A program made the position numbers and the translations under genes. Positions 1 to 8,261 of a DNA stretch of 64,000 bases are shown piece by piece (position 1 is the first letter of the stretch; the number at the start of each line of letters is the position of its first letter). Source of the stretch: Paramoeba atlantica (lineage: Eukaryota; Protista; Discosea); NCBI GenBank assembly GCA_977017575.1, contig CDRNVI010000009.1, forward strand, positions 620,001 to 684,000. The letters are read 5' to 3'. Under the pieces are notes generated by a model. It was not told the origin of the DNA and searched no databases. It saw nothing but the letters and a program-made list of their open reading frames with translations.

Positions 1-262
1 TCCAATTCATGTGCGGTGCCATATTATTGCGATTTATGACAGTTTCAATGGGTACGTGTCTCAAGTTTTAAAAGATATCATAAAGAAATTTAAGTATCGT
101 CTATGTGAACATTTGAAAACTTTTTTTAACCCGTAGACGCATGTCTTCAGCTTATAGTACCCCATTGGGGTAGAAAGGAATCTTCTTAGGCAATAAAGAT
201 ACCGTTTCTGTAACAGTTCGTTCCCTCGCTTTTTTGGCGACGGATCCCCCGAGATATCTGTC

Positions 263-371
263 GCACTTTGACCCCCCTAGTTATCTGTCACACCCCTACC
301 CCCCCCCCCCCCCAAGTTGTCTGCCACCTTTTCTCGAAAAGTAGAGACAGATAACTAAGGGGAGTGCAGTA
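263..371. mobile_element. Small foldback MITE-like element (family also at 2365-2613 and 8161-8260)
   Basis: Inverted arms GCACT..CCCC.TAGTTATCTGTC / GACAGATAACTAAGGGGAGTGC around a CTTTTCTCGAAAAG palindrome; ends in CAGTA like the other family members. Confidence 0.45.
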
Positions 372-608
372 TTTATAAGCGAGGGGGGGTTACATATTCT
401 ATCATAATTAGTGGCTTTTCTTTGCAATCGAAACTCGCACTTTATATGGCCGTTTTGGATGCCTTACCAGTAGGGGCAGGAGGCGAATCTGTCGCAAAAA
501 ACGTCGCAGAATAGTAGCTGAGGTCCAAAACTTAAAATACGTTTTAGGAATCGATTTTGGAAAAATATTATTTTTAACCCGGGGAACGGTATGTTATTCA
601 AATCGGAA

Positions 609-908
609 TTTGAATAATATTGTGTTATTTGAATAATATAGTGCTATGCCGCTCTATTTGAATAATATAGCGGTATTTGAATAATATAGTGTTAATTTGA
701 ATAATATAGTGTTAATTTGAATATTATAGTGTCAATTTGAATAAAGTAGCGCCCTGAGTAGCGAAAAATGCGATTTTGTTGGATGATAAAGCAAAGGTTT
801 GTCTAAAATCCGGTTCATCCTTCCAAAAGTTGGCGATTTGAATATTATAGTGTTATGTGAATAATATAGTGTTAATTTGAATAATATAGTGTAATTTGAA
901 TAATATAG
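609..908. repeat. Dispersed tandem array of TTTGAATAATATAG motif
   Basis: About 10 copies of TTTGAATA(A/T)TATAG with short variable spacers. Confidence 0.85.
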
Positions 909-1000
909 CAAGGTTCGCAGAAACTATAAAACTATCAATATAGTACTATATAGTTACTATAAACGTTTTTTAGAAACTATAAAAAACTATATTTTTTTGT
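909..1000. mobile_element. hAT-type terminal/subterminal sequence
   Basis: CAAGGTTCGCAGAAACTATAAAACTATCAATATAGTACT aligns with CAGGGTTCGCGGAAACTTTAAAACTTTCAAGAAAGTACT at 46955, which precedes a hAT transposase. Confidence 0.55.
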
Positions 1001-1528
1001 TTCACTTTTTAAGTACTCTTGAGCTCACCCACACGCCATAAATACACAGAAAATTTATTTGTGTGCGATTTTTCTTATTTTTAAACCCGAAAATTGATGC
1101 CCGAAATAAAAGTTAAGTGGGGTAATTTCTGCAAAGATTATTTTATTGAAGTGTAGCGCACGGAGGGAAGTAAGCAAACGGTTGAATGTAACTTTAGTCA
1201 GAAGGGGACGTGCCCCAGCCCCATGTGGCCTTGACAAATTGCCTTATGCGAATCTTGCGTCCCGAACATCTCACTGCATCGCTGTCGCCGTGCAGTGGCT
1301 GAAGCCGCCGACCATATGTCTTAGGACAGAACAACTGCTGTTCACAATTTTATGAGTTTGAATAAATTACGCCGTGTGTTGTGCGGTGAAGAGTGTGTGT
1401 TTCATATCGGCACTCCTTCCGCATGCGTTTCATCGCTATTTCTGAGGAGATGACGCACTAGTTGATGGTATTTTTCGTCGGTGATGGAACCGCGGGGAAC
1501 AGGTATCTTAACTGAACGAAACTTCAGT

Positions 1529-1583
1529 GTAGGTAGGTAGGTAGGTAGGTAGGTAGGTAGGTAGGTAGGTAGGTAGGTAGGTA
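1529..1583. repeat. (GGTA)n microsatellite
   Basis: About 13-14 perfect GTAG units. Confidence 0.97.
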
Positions 1584-1825
1584 CGTTTTGATATCTGTGT
1601 AACCCAGGCTAAAGTGGACGAGGGAGGTTCTAAAACCACCTTTGAACCACCACGAAAATGGATTGATATCTCCCGGTTTGTAAAGGATTCCGATGTGACA
1701 AAAGAATGTTTAAGGGACCAGCTCTTCCATTTTTGTGGTGGTTTGCCAAAAGTACTTTTAGTATCTTGGCAGCCACTGGCAGTCGCTGGCAGTCACTGGA
1801 GGTCACAGGAGTCCACATGCGACCT

Positions 1826-2000
1826 TCAGAAAAGCTGTTTTACCGACTCTCCAATGCACTTGTCGAGCAAGTACTCCTCCATGCGGTCCAAAATTTCTGT
1901 GCAAAAGTGTCTGACCCGCGTGCGCAACCGCTCGTAGCCCGCGGACGAGGCCGTGATGTAAGAATAAGTGTTTTCAACGAACACTGTGTCGTCAGGGGGA
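1826..2000 (-). pseudogene. hAT transposase C-terminal dimerization-domain remnant
   Basis: YITASSAGYERLRTRVRHFCTEILDRM resembles the hAT motif (S/A)IPATSA.SER.FS...H..T..RNRL; stops follow. Confidence 0.45.
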
Positions 2001-2364
2001 AGGTCGTCCTGCACAGATGATGGGAATGATAAATTCGAAAAGATATAGAAGACAAGCGTTTTTTTCAAATGATGTACGCATTGAAAAAATCGTTATTGTT
2101 TTGACACAACGGCAAGGAGCTCATGTTACAGTACATAAATACATACACGAAAAAACAGAAAAACGAATAAAAAGGACGAATAAATAACCTAAATAATTAG
2201 CAGAAGGGGAATAGATTGCGCCAGGCGAACCGAGGCGAACCGACCCTGAACCTGAATGGTTTTGCCCCTCTTAGATGATTGATTTTTAGCTAGAATAATA
2301 GAAAACCTGCGCCGCGAAGCGGCGCATTTTTTTTTGCCCCTTTTACAAAAACATTTGTTTCGCG

Positions 2365-2613
2365 GGTTTTTCGAAAAATCAGACCCCCCCCTTTATACTT
2401 CCAAAAGTCAGACCCCCCCCTTTATATTTACGAAAGTCAGACCCCCCCTTTATACAATACCCCCCCTACATAATTGTCAGTCAGGCGAAACAGGCGCCGC
2501 GAAGCTTTTTTCCCGACTTGTGTCAAAAAAAAAGTTTTATTGTCCCACTACACACCATTTAACTTACAAAAGTACCGAAACCGGCGGAGGTATAAAGGGG
2601 GGGGGTGACAGTA
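2365..2613. mobile_element. MITE-like element with internal CAGACCCCCCCCTTTATA repeats
   Basis: Three CAGACCCCCCC(C)TTTATA repeats are inverted relative to terminal TATAAAGGGGGGGGGTGACAG|TA; TTTTTCGAAAAA palindrome shared with 263-371 and 8161-8260. Confidence 0.45.
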
Positions 2614-3054
2614 GTTGATATAGGATAAATGGGGAGGGCACCCCACCTATATTACAAGACCCATAGAAATATTCAAATTCGTCCACAGCACCGTTTTCTA
2701 TTATTTGTCGTATCTAAGAGGGTTGAAACCTGTCAGGTTTTGCCGGGTTTTGCCAGGTTTTGCCTGGACACATATTTTGGGGGGTCACTTTGGGAGGCGT
2801 GCCACGGCTTCAAGAAGGGGTATTTTGTGAAAACAGCGGCGTAGAAAGCTAGTAAAGGTCCCAAACTCTCAAAACACAGTATGTGAAACGATTTTGAAAA
2901 ACTCTTTTTTATGTCATGGTTTTTGCGAAGTTGATTTGTTTTTCTTTTCAGAAAGTATCCGAACTTGGCGGAATATATGAAATGGCGCTATATGACTGAT
3001 AGTTCGTATTCATTTCTTTCAAACTAAGTGATCATGTTGGAGGGCCAAAGTAAA

Positions 3055-3148
3055 GGAATATTGCATAAGTCAAGGAATACTGCATAAGTCAAGGAATATT
3101 GCATAAGTCAAGGAATATTGCATAAGCCAGGGAATATTGGATAAGTCT
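3055..3148. repeat. Left Merlin TIR: 19-bp tandem array GGAATATTGCATAAGTCAA
   Basis: About 5 units, inverted relative to 4743-4890. Confidence 0.9.
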
Positions 3149-3167
3149 AGAAGCACTTCTGTCCTGC

Positions 3168-3588
3168 TCCCGGTGAGGCCCCGGAGTTGCGAGAGGCCTC
3201 CATACCCCACAACTACCACCTTCCCCCCCTATTTAGCGGGATTCGCGCGAGCTACCCCTGATAAATGGGGGGAAGGTGGTAGTTGTTTTGGGGAATATGA
3301 GAGGCCGAACGCACGGAGGGGCCGGCCGGGCCAATGTACCCCGACCTTGTTTACCCGTCTACGACAGAAACCGGCGAATGCTAGGCGTAACATTAAGCTG
3401 AGAAACCCAAGTCAATTCACCTTGGTCCCGGTGAGGCCCCGGAGTTGCGAGAGGCCTCCATACCCCACAACTACCACCTTCCCCCCCTATTTAGCGGGGG
3501 TCGCGCGAACGACCCCTGATAAATGGGGGGAAGGTGGTAGTTTTGGGGAATATGAGAGGCCGAACGCACGGAGGGGCCGGCCGGGCCA
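3168..3588. repeat. Two direct copies (3168-3333, 3426-3588) of a ~165-bp imperfect palindrome
   Basis: Near-identical units, each folding GGCCTC-CATA-CCCC-CAACTACCACCTTCCCCCC-TATTTA ... TAAAT-GGGGGG-AAGGTGGTAGTT-GGGG-TATG-GAGGCC. Confidence 0.9.
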
Positions 3589-3700
3589 CTGAGGTAGGAC
3601 AGTCCTAGGACCTCCTATGTTACTTCTAGCATGTCAACACGTACAACCGTTATATGAGAAATACTTTTATAAGATAGGGGAATGTAATATCTTGCAAATA

Positions 3701-4660
3701 CTAGTGTAGAAGAATATGAGTGTTGCTAACGTGGACAATTCTGGAAGAAACAATTCTGGAAGGAGTAGCATCCGATTCATCTGTTTCCTCTTCGTCGTCC
3801 CGGAAAAAACATACCTGGGCGCAAATCATGCGAATGTCTTGGAAGATGCGACGAATACGGGAGTTGCCATTGACCGTTAGAGAACCATTCGCAAGTTCAG
3901 CAAAGAGCTTCATGCGGTTGGTGCGGACGTCCTCTGCATTGCCAAGGCGACCGCCCCGACTTTTTAGCTCCTTGTTGAAACTTGAATTAGCTGCCTCCAC
4001 GGTGTTCGTGTGAACACCAGTTGCAGCAACCCACTCCTTCTTGTGGTTTACTACACCATGGCGCCACTCTCTACTTAGGTACTTGCTTGCTGCGGCACCT
4101 CCGGTGGTATCAAGCACTTGATCACAATTCACAAGTGTATGGTACCAGGAAGATCCGTCACGACGTACTCTTTTCCCTTTCCCACATCCCATGCGTTTAA
4201 TCTTGGAAGCGCAAGTCTCGTCTTTTTGCATAAAGACTACCATGCCTTCGGCCGCATCAAAACGCATGTCGTGCGCCATGGCAATTATGAACTCAAGCAT
4301 TTGCGTGACAGCCATAACAGTCACTCTACTCGGCGTACTTTCGCGCAAAATATGCTTGACTGCTATTCCTTGCGGCAAACTGTATAGGATCTGCAAAGTG
4401 TCTTTGATGCCCCGTTTGCTCTTCTGACTAAAAAGGGGTTCCATGATGCTGTACCGAGCCTGGCAACCGTTGGTCTCCAGGTCAGGGCAATACCAAAACT
4501 CTCCGTCGCAGACGCAAAATAACTCCTTATTTATTTACCATGGTACTTTTTTTTGTTACACCAGACCTGTTGTGCCACCAGCCGATGATTCCGCAACCAA
4601 CGAGCTACGATTTCTTCACTCTAGTCCCCAAAATTAATGAAAGACAGATACTCAATGCAA
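3701..4660 (-). pseudogene. Merlin/ISXO2-like transposase with disrupted N-terminus
   Basis: ORF 4444-3701 has QKDET and GVVNHKKEWVAATGVHTNTVEAANSSF (ISXO2 VNH...GVHTNTIE motif); in-frame upstream FCVCDGEFWYC..GCQARYSI zinc ribbon; stop and frameshift near 4535-4555, and TAG at 4621-4623. Confidence 0.8.
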
Positions 4661-4742
4661 ATAAAGTCGTCACAAGCCTCACAAAACCAGTTCACACTAC
4701 GCTGAGGCATAAAAGAAAAGAAATAACACACATTACGGCTAT

Positions 4743-4890
4743 ACAATATTCCTTGACTTTTGCAATATTCCTTGACTTTTGCAATATTCCTTGACTTATG
4801 CAATATTCCTTGACTTATGCAATATTCCTTGACCTATGCAATATTCCTTGGCTTATGCAATATTCCTTGACTTATGCAATATTCCTTGAC
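4743..4890. repeat. Right Merlin TIR: 19-bp tandem array GCAATATTCCTTGACTTAT
   Basis: About 8 units; reverse complement of the 3055-3148 unit. Confidence 0.92.
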
Positions 4891-4897
4891 TTTCCCC

Positions 4898-5347
4898 ATG
4901 TTGGAGTATGACTTTCCTCCGGGGGACGATGAGTACATTGAGGAAGGAATCGACTCCCCTGACTCTGAAAAGTATGCACCCCTGCGGAAATGGGTGTCGT
5001 ATACGATGCGACATACCTTTCGAATACCCTTGAAGAGGTCAGAAACTTCTCTCGAATGGCTACGCAAGAGTAGTGTCGAGAAGAATACCATCAAATACGC
5101 CCCGGACCGTCTTCCCCCCCCTGATCTTACCCAGCGAATGGAGGATAACATCATTGAGATGTGCGCACAGTGGATAACTACGCGCATTCGCCAACTCTCT
5201 GATCCGGAGAGCAATGTTCTCAAGTCATTATGCAATGTCCCAATCGACATTGACATTTTGTTGCAGGGACTCCTCCTTTTGACGAAGGCGCGAGAAGCAG
5301 GACTTCTTTTTTTAAAGACGCCGAAAAGTCGGAAATACATGGCGTGA
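4898..5347 (+). CDS. Harbinger-internal ORF A (149 aa, unknown function); ATG lies in the Merlin TSD
   Basis: MLEYDFPPGDDEY...; open frame inside Harbinger TIRs, no recognised domain. Confidence 0.45.
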   Translation: MLEYDFPPGDDEYIEEGIDSPDSEKYAPLRKWVSYTMRHTFRIPLKRSETSLEWLRKSSVEKNTIKYAPDRLPPPDLTQRMEDNIIEMCAQWITTRIRQLSDPESNVLKSLCNVPIDIDILLQGLLLLTKAREAGLLFLKTPKSRKYMA

Positions 5348-5357
5348 AGAAGCGGAA

Positions 5358-5831
5358 ATGCCCGGACACTGGCGCTGGAATCAGACGAAACAGACCTGGA
5401 ACTTAGGTGTCAGTGAGGTTCCTTTTGATGCCATCACAAATCATATGATGGAATTTTTGAAAAAGTGTTATGGTGGGGTATATGAAGATAGCAAGCGGGA
5501 TCGGGAGGTTGTGATTCAATGGTTCAAGACGATGTGGCGTGGTCTACGAGGTGGGACTATTGAATATGGCAGAGTGCACCGCGATCGCAGTAAAAATCTT
5601 AAGGAGAAGGTGCAAGAAACTTGTAGCCGCACGGATGAGATTCTTGTAGAGTTCAAGAAGGTGCAAAGAGAGGTCGGAGAATTGCGGGATGAAGTACTTG
5701 CTCTACAGAAAAAAGTGATCCATCTTGAAATTCTGAGTATCAAGAAGACGACTGAAAGCATGGGTGAAGTCCATAGGGAAGGAATGAAGGTGAAGAAGCG
5801 AAAGTCTTACGATCCTACGGGATTACAATAA
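5358..5831 (+). CDS. Harbinger-internal ORF B (157 aa), Trp-containing N-half plus coiled coil; candidate accessory DNA-binding protein
   Basis: ORF track; heptad-like EFKKVQREVGELRDEVLALQKKV; basic C-terminus KVKKRK. Confidence 0.45.
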   Translation: MPGHWRWNQTKQTWNLGVSEVPFDAITNHMMEFLKKCYGGVYEDSKRDREVVIQWFKTMWRGLRGGTIEYGRVHRDRSKNLKEKVQETCSRTDEILVEFKKVQREVGELRDEVLALQKKVIHLEILSIKKTTESMGEVHREGMKVKKRKSYDPTGLQ

Positions 5832-6008
5832 ATTTGAACGCATAGTACAGTAAAGAAAGCGGGAAATGAAGGACGTAACGTAAGCTCATACTTTTGTCTC
5901 AATGTATTTCTATGTTTCCTACTATATTTCTATCATCCTATGTTTGTATACTCTATTTTTCTATTTCTTCCTATAATTTATGGCATTTATTAGCTTTATA
6001 TCTTCACG

Positions 6009-7116
6009 ATGTCACAGATTTGCCTTCTTCCTTGGTCTAACGTTGCACATGGATTTACTGGATATTCCCCGGAAGTTATTTCGCAACTTGCGTCTCGGCT
6101 TAATTGCACTAATGTTCAAGTTTTTAGTGCACTTACGATGCTGCATTTGAATCTAACGCACGAGCAAACAGCTGACGTTCTCATACCATATTTGGGTAAG
6201 CATTATTCCTCTACGTACGTGTGGAAAAAGTTTATTCGGCCTGTGTTGAATGCATCTGACATTGCAGGCAACCTTGCTGAAACAGAGCGACGCTTTTTGG
6301 TCCGTGAACCACACTTTGTTCTGTGCACATCAATACCGGACGGAGTTCCCATGTACAGTAGGGGACCAAAAGAACTCTACAATGGAAAGCACTCGGCTAA
6401 ATACTGGACTTTTCAAGTTTTAATTATGATGGACGGGTGTCCTTTAGCATGGAGCGGACCATTTGAAGGGCGGATGCACGATAGCGAATGTTTCGCAAAC
6501 TCTTCGATCCTTGGATTTTCGCATAAAAAAGATGAGTTAATGATGGCCGATAAGGCATATAAACGTACGAAAGGGTAATGACATTGATGAACAATTCGAT
6601 ATGGAGTTTCGGCGAATAAGAAATCGGATCGAACGCTTTTTTGCTCATATAGATCACCACAAAATTCTTCACTATAATCAACACCGCATCGATTTTGTCA
6701 AATCCGGCTTTGGACTGCTTTGGAATGCAGAATGCTTTCGGTGGAAATTTTGCAAGCGAGAATTGTACCGCGACACGGTGGTTATGTTGGATGCTGAGTC
6801 GAAGTTTGTAAACGAGTGGAAATCTAGGCCAGATTGTTGTACATTTTTTAAGGATGATGCTAGAGACAAAGAAGTAATAAAAGATTACCGCGATAGTATA
6901 AAGCGAGAACTTTACATTTCTGGGATCAGTAATGTAGGAAAGTGCCCAGCACATGCCAAGAAATCGGTTGTAGCATATACAAAGCTAACGAAAAGTGAAA
7001 TTCAGAGGAAAAACGAAAAGTTGAAACTCATACACGATGAAGAACAAACTTCCAAGAGAAAGTTTCGCAAATATTCCAATCGGTTGGACAAGAAAATGTT
7101 TAATCAGAACGAATAA
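6009..7116 (+). pseudogene. PIF/Harbinger (DDE_Tnp_4 family) transposase, frameshifted near 6560-6580
   Basis: Motifs PDGVP, YNGKHS..WTFQVLIMMDG..W.GPFEGRMHDS, MADKAY, then in another frame RKGNDIDEQFDMEFRRIRNRIERFF. Confidence 0.8.
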
Positions 7117-7150
7117 TTTATTCGTTCATTATTATAATGTTATCAGAATC

Positions 7151-7206
7151 CGTGATACTATCCTCAGCGGTAAAAGAGTGGAGGAAGGCGGGTGTCCGCT
7201 AATTAT
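7151..7206 (+). mobile_element. 56-bp extreme 3' fragment of the CRE-like retrotransposon
   Basis: CGTGATACTATCCTCAGCGGTAAAAGAGTGGAGGAAGGCGGGTGTCCGCTAATTAT matches 9734-9789 with 2 mismatches. Confidence 0.85.
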
Positions 7207-7489
7207 TAGATAGGGTGATTTTTACTGAGAAAAAAGAATATCAGAATAATTTCAGTAAGGGCACGACGGAGGTCAACTATTCTTCACTATTTTTGACTAA
7301 GTACTTTTCTTCACTACGTCAGAGTGGACTTCGCGGGTTTTGCCAGGTTTTGCCTTTCGTAGGCTTCAACCCTCTAAGCATTCTGTGGTTTTACTTAGTG
7401 ACTTGCAAGCCCTCGCTAGGTATTTCAAATTTACCAAACTAAATTTATCGCATATCATATGATATGGGAACAATAATTTTTTTGGTTAG

Positions 7490-7631
7490 TGTTTTTTACC
7501 GTATGCTTTAATTTCTATTTAGTTTCTAGTTACACTGTTTTTTACCGTATGCTTTAATTTCTATTTAGTTTCTAGTTACACTGTTTTTTACCGTATGCTT
7601 TAATTTCTATTTAGTTTCTAGTTACACTGTT
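7490..7631. repeat. 46-bp tandem repeat, three copies
   Basis: TGTTTTTTACCGTATGCTTTAATTTCTATTTAGTTTCTAGTTACAC repeated head to tail. Confidence 0.95.
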
Positions 7632-7847
7632 TCGGAAATGAATAAGAAGGCACTACGTCTCGTCTGAGTCAAATTAGTCAACAATACTTTACTGTAATTA
7701 GTAACAAGATTGCGTCGACAAGATTGTACTGCAAACGCATTTACACCCCGCATTCCATCCCTTATCCCTTATCCCACATCCTCCTCGACCAGCAATTGCT
7801 CAACCAGAAAATTCTTAACATAACGTCACTTGTTCCAAACTCACTTG

Positions 7848-7955
7848 TATAGCGAGTACATACCTGCTGGAAGCGAGTACGGCGAGTACGGTACTCCGAG
7901 TAATTACTCGCTGTACTTACTCGGGTGAGTACACGAGTACCGTACTCGCTTCATG
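7848..7955. repeat. CGAGTAC/GTACTCG-rich palindromic repeat
   Basis: GAAGCGAGTACGG ... CCGTACTCGCTTC arms; related motifs at 31645-31700 and 32136-32170. Confidence 0.65.
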
Positions 7956-8047
7956 TATGATACTACTACCATAACCTTTTTTCTCTATCGCAAAGTTTTG
8001 ACTATTGCAAAATTAAAGTGGGCTTGCTTCTGGGCGCAACCCAAAAT

Positions 8048-8120
8048 GGGGAAGTAAGGTCGGGATCTCCTCGTGGTCTTCCCTGGTACTGCTATCTTAC
8101 TGATGGTACTAACGCTGACC
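8048..8120 (+). ncRNA. HDV-like self-cleaving ribozyme
   Basis: P1 GGGGAAG/CTTCCCT (G-U at +1), P2 GGTCGG/CTGACC, P3 ATC/GGT, L3 TCCTCGT, P1.1 CC/GG, P4 TGCTATC/GATGGTA, J4/2 CTAA with the catalytic C. Confidence 0.85.
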
Positions 8121-8160
8121 TAAGAACATTCATAAGCAGATATTTTTGAAGTATGCACGA

Positions 8161-8260
8161 ACTGTAACCCCCCCACTTAATTGTGATAGCTCCACCCCCT
8201 CTACTTATTTGTCCTTTTTTCGAAAAAGGGGTGACAAATAAGTTGGGGGGGGGCACAGTA
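8161..8260. mobile_element. Foldback MITE abutting the truncated RT
   Basis: ACTGTAACCCCCCCACTTA ... TAAGTTGGGGGGGGGCACAG|TA arms; central TTTTTTCGAAAAAG. Confidence 0.55.
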
Positions 8261-8261
8261 T

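Larger units (their letters stand above)
3042..4896 (-). mobile_element. Merlin (IS1595/ISXO2-like) DNA transposon, full-length with TSD
   Basis: CATGTTGGA duplicated at 3033-3041 and 4897-4905; ends GGGCCAAAGTAAAGGAATATTGCA / TGCAATATTCCTTGACTTTCCC; inverted 19-bp arrays; ISXO2-type transposase inside. Confidence 0.88.
2718..7374 (+). mobile_element. PIF/Harbinger-superfamily DNA transposon (interrupted by a Merlin element)
   Basis: TAA at 2715-2717 and 7375-7377 (TSD); TIR GAGGGTTGAAACCT / AGGCTTCAACCCTC (13/14); encloses a DDE_Tnp_4-type transposase. Confidence 0.85.

Noticed and set aside
1529-1583. Telomeric repeat
   Set aside because: The unit is TAGG, not TTAGGG; it is short and internal
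3168-3333. HDV-like or hairpin ribozyme reading of the Merlin-internal rod
   Set aside because: No P3/L3/P1' between the putative P2 and P4, and no hairpin-ribozyme loop A/B motifs; kept only as an unexplained structure
3137-3592. 151-aa ORF with an internal duplication
   Set aside because: It is a by-product of the duplicated GC-rich hairpin; TTG start and no protein-like features
4535-4625. Stop-codon reassignment suggested by in-frame TAG/TAA in TE ORFs
   Set aside because: Host genes terminate normally at TAA, TAG and TGA, and the TE ORFs also need frameshifts, so this is ordinary decay
7490-7631. CRISPR-like array
   Set aside because: The 46-bp units are head to tail with no spacers; eukaryotic context and no cas genes
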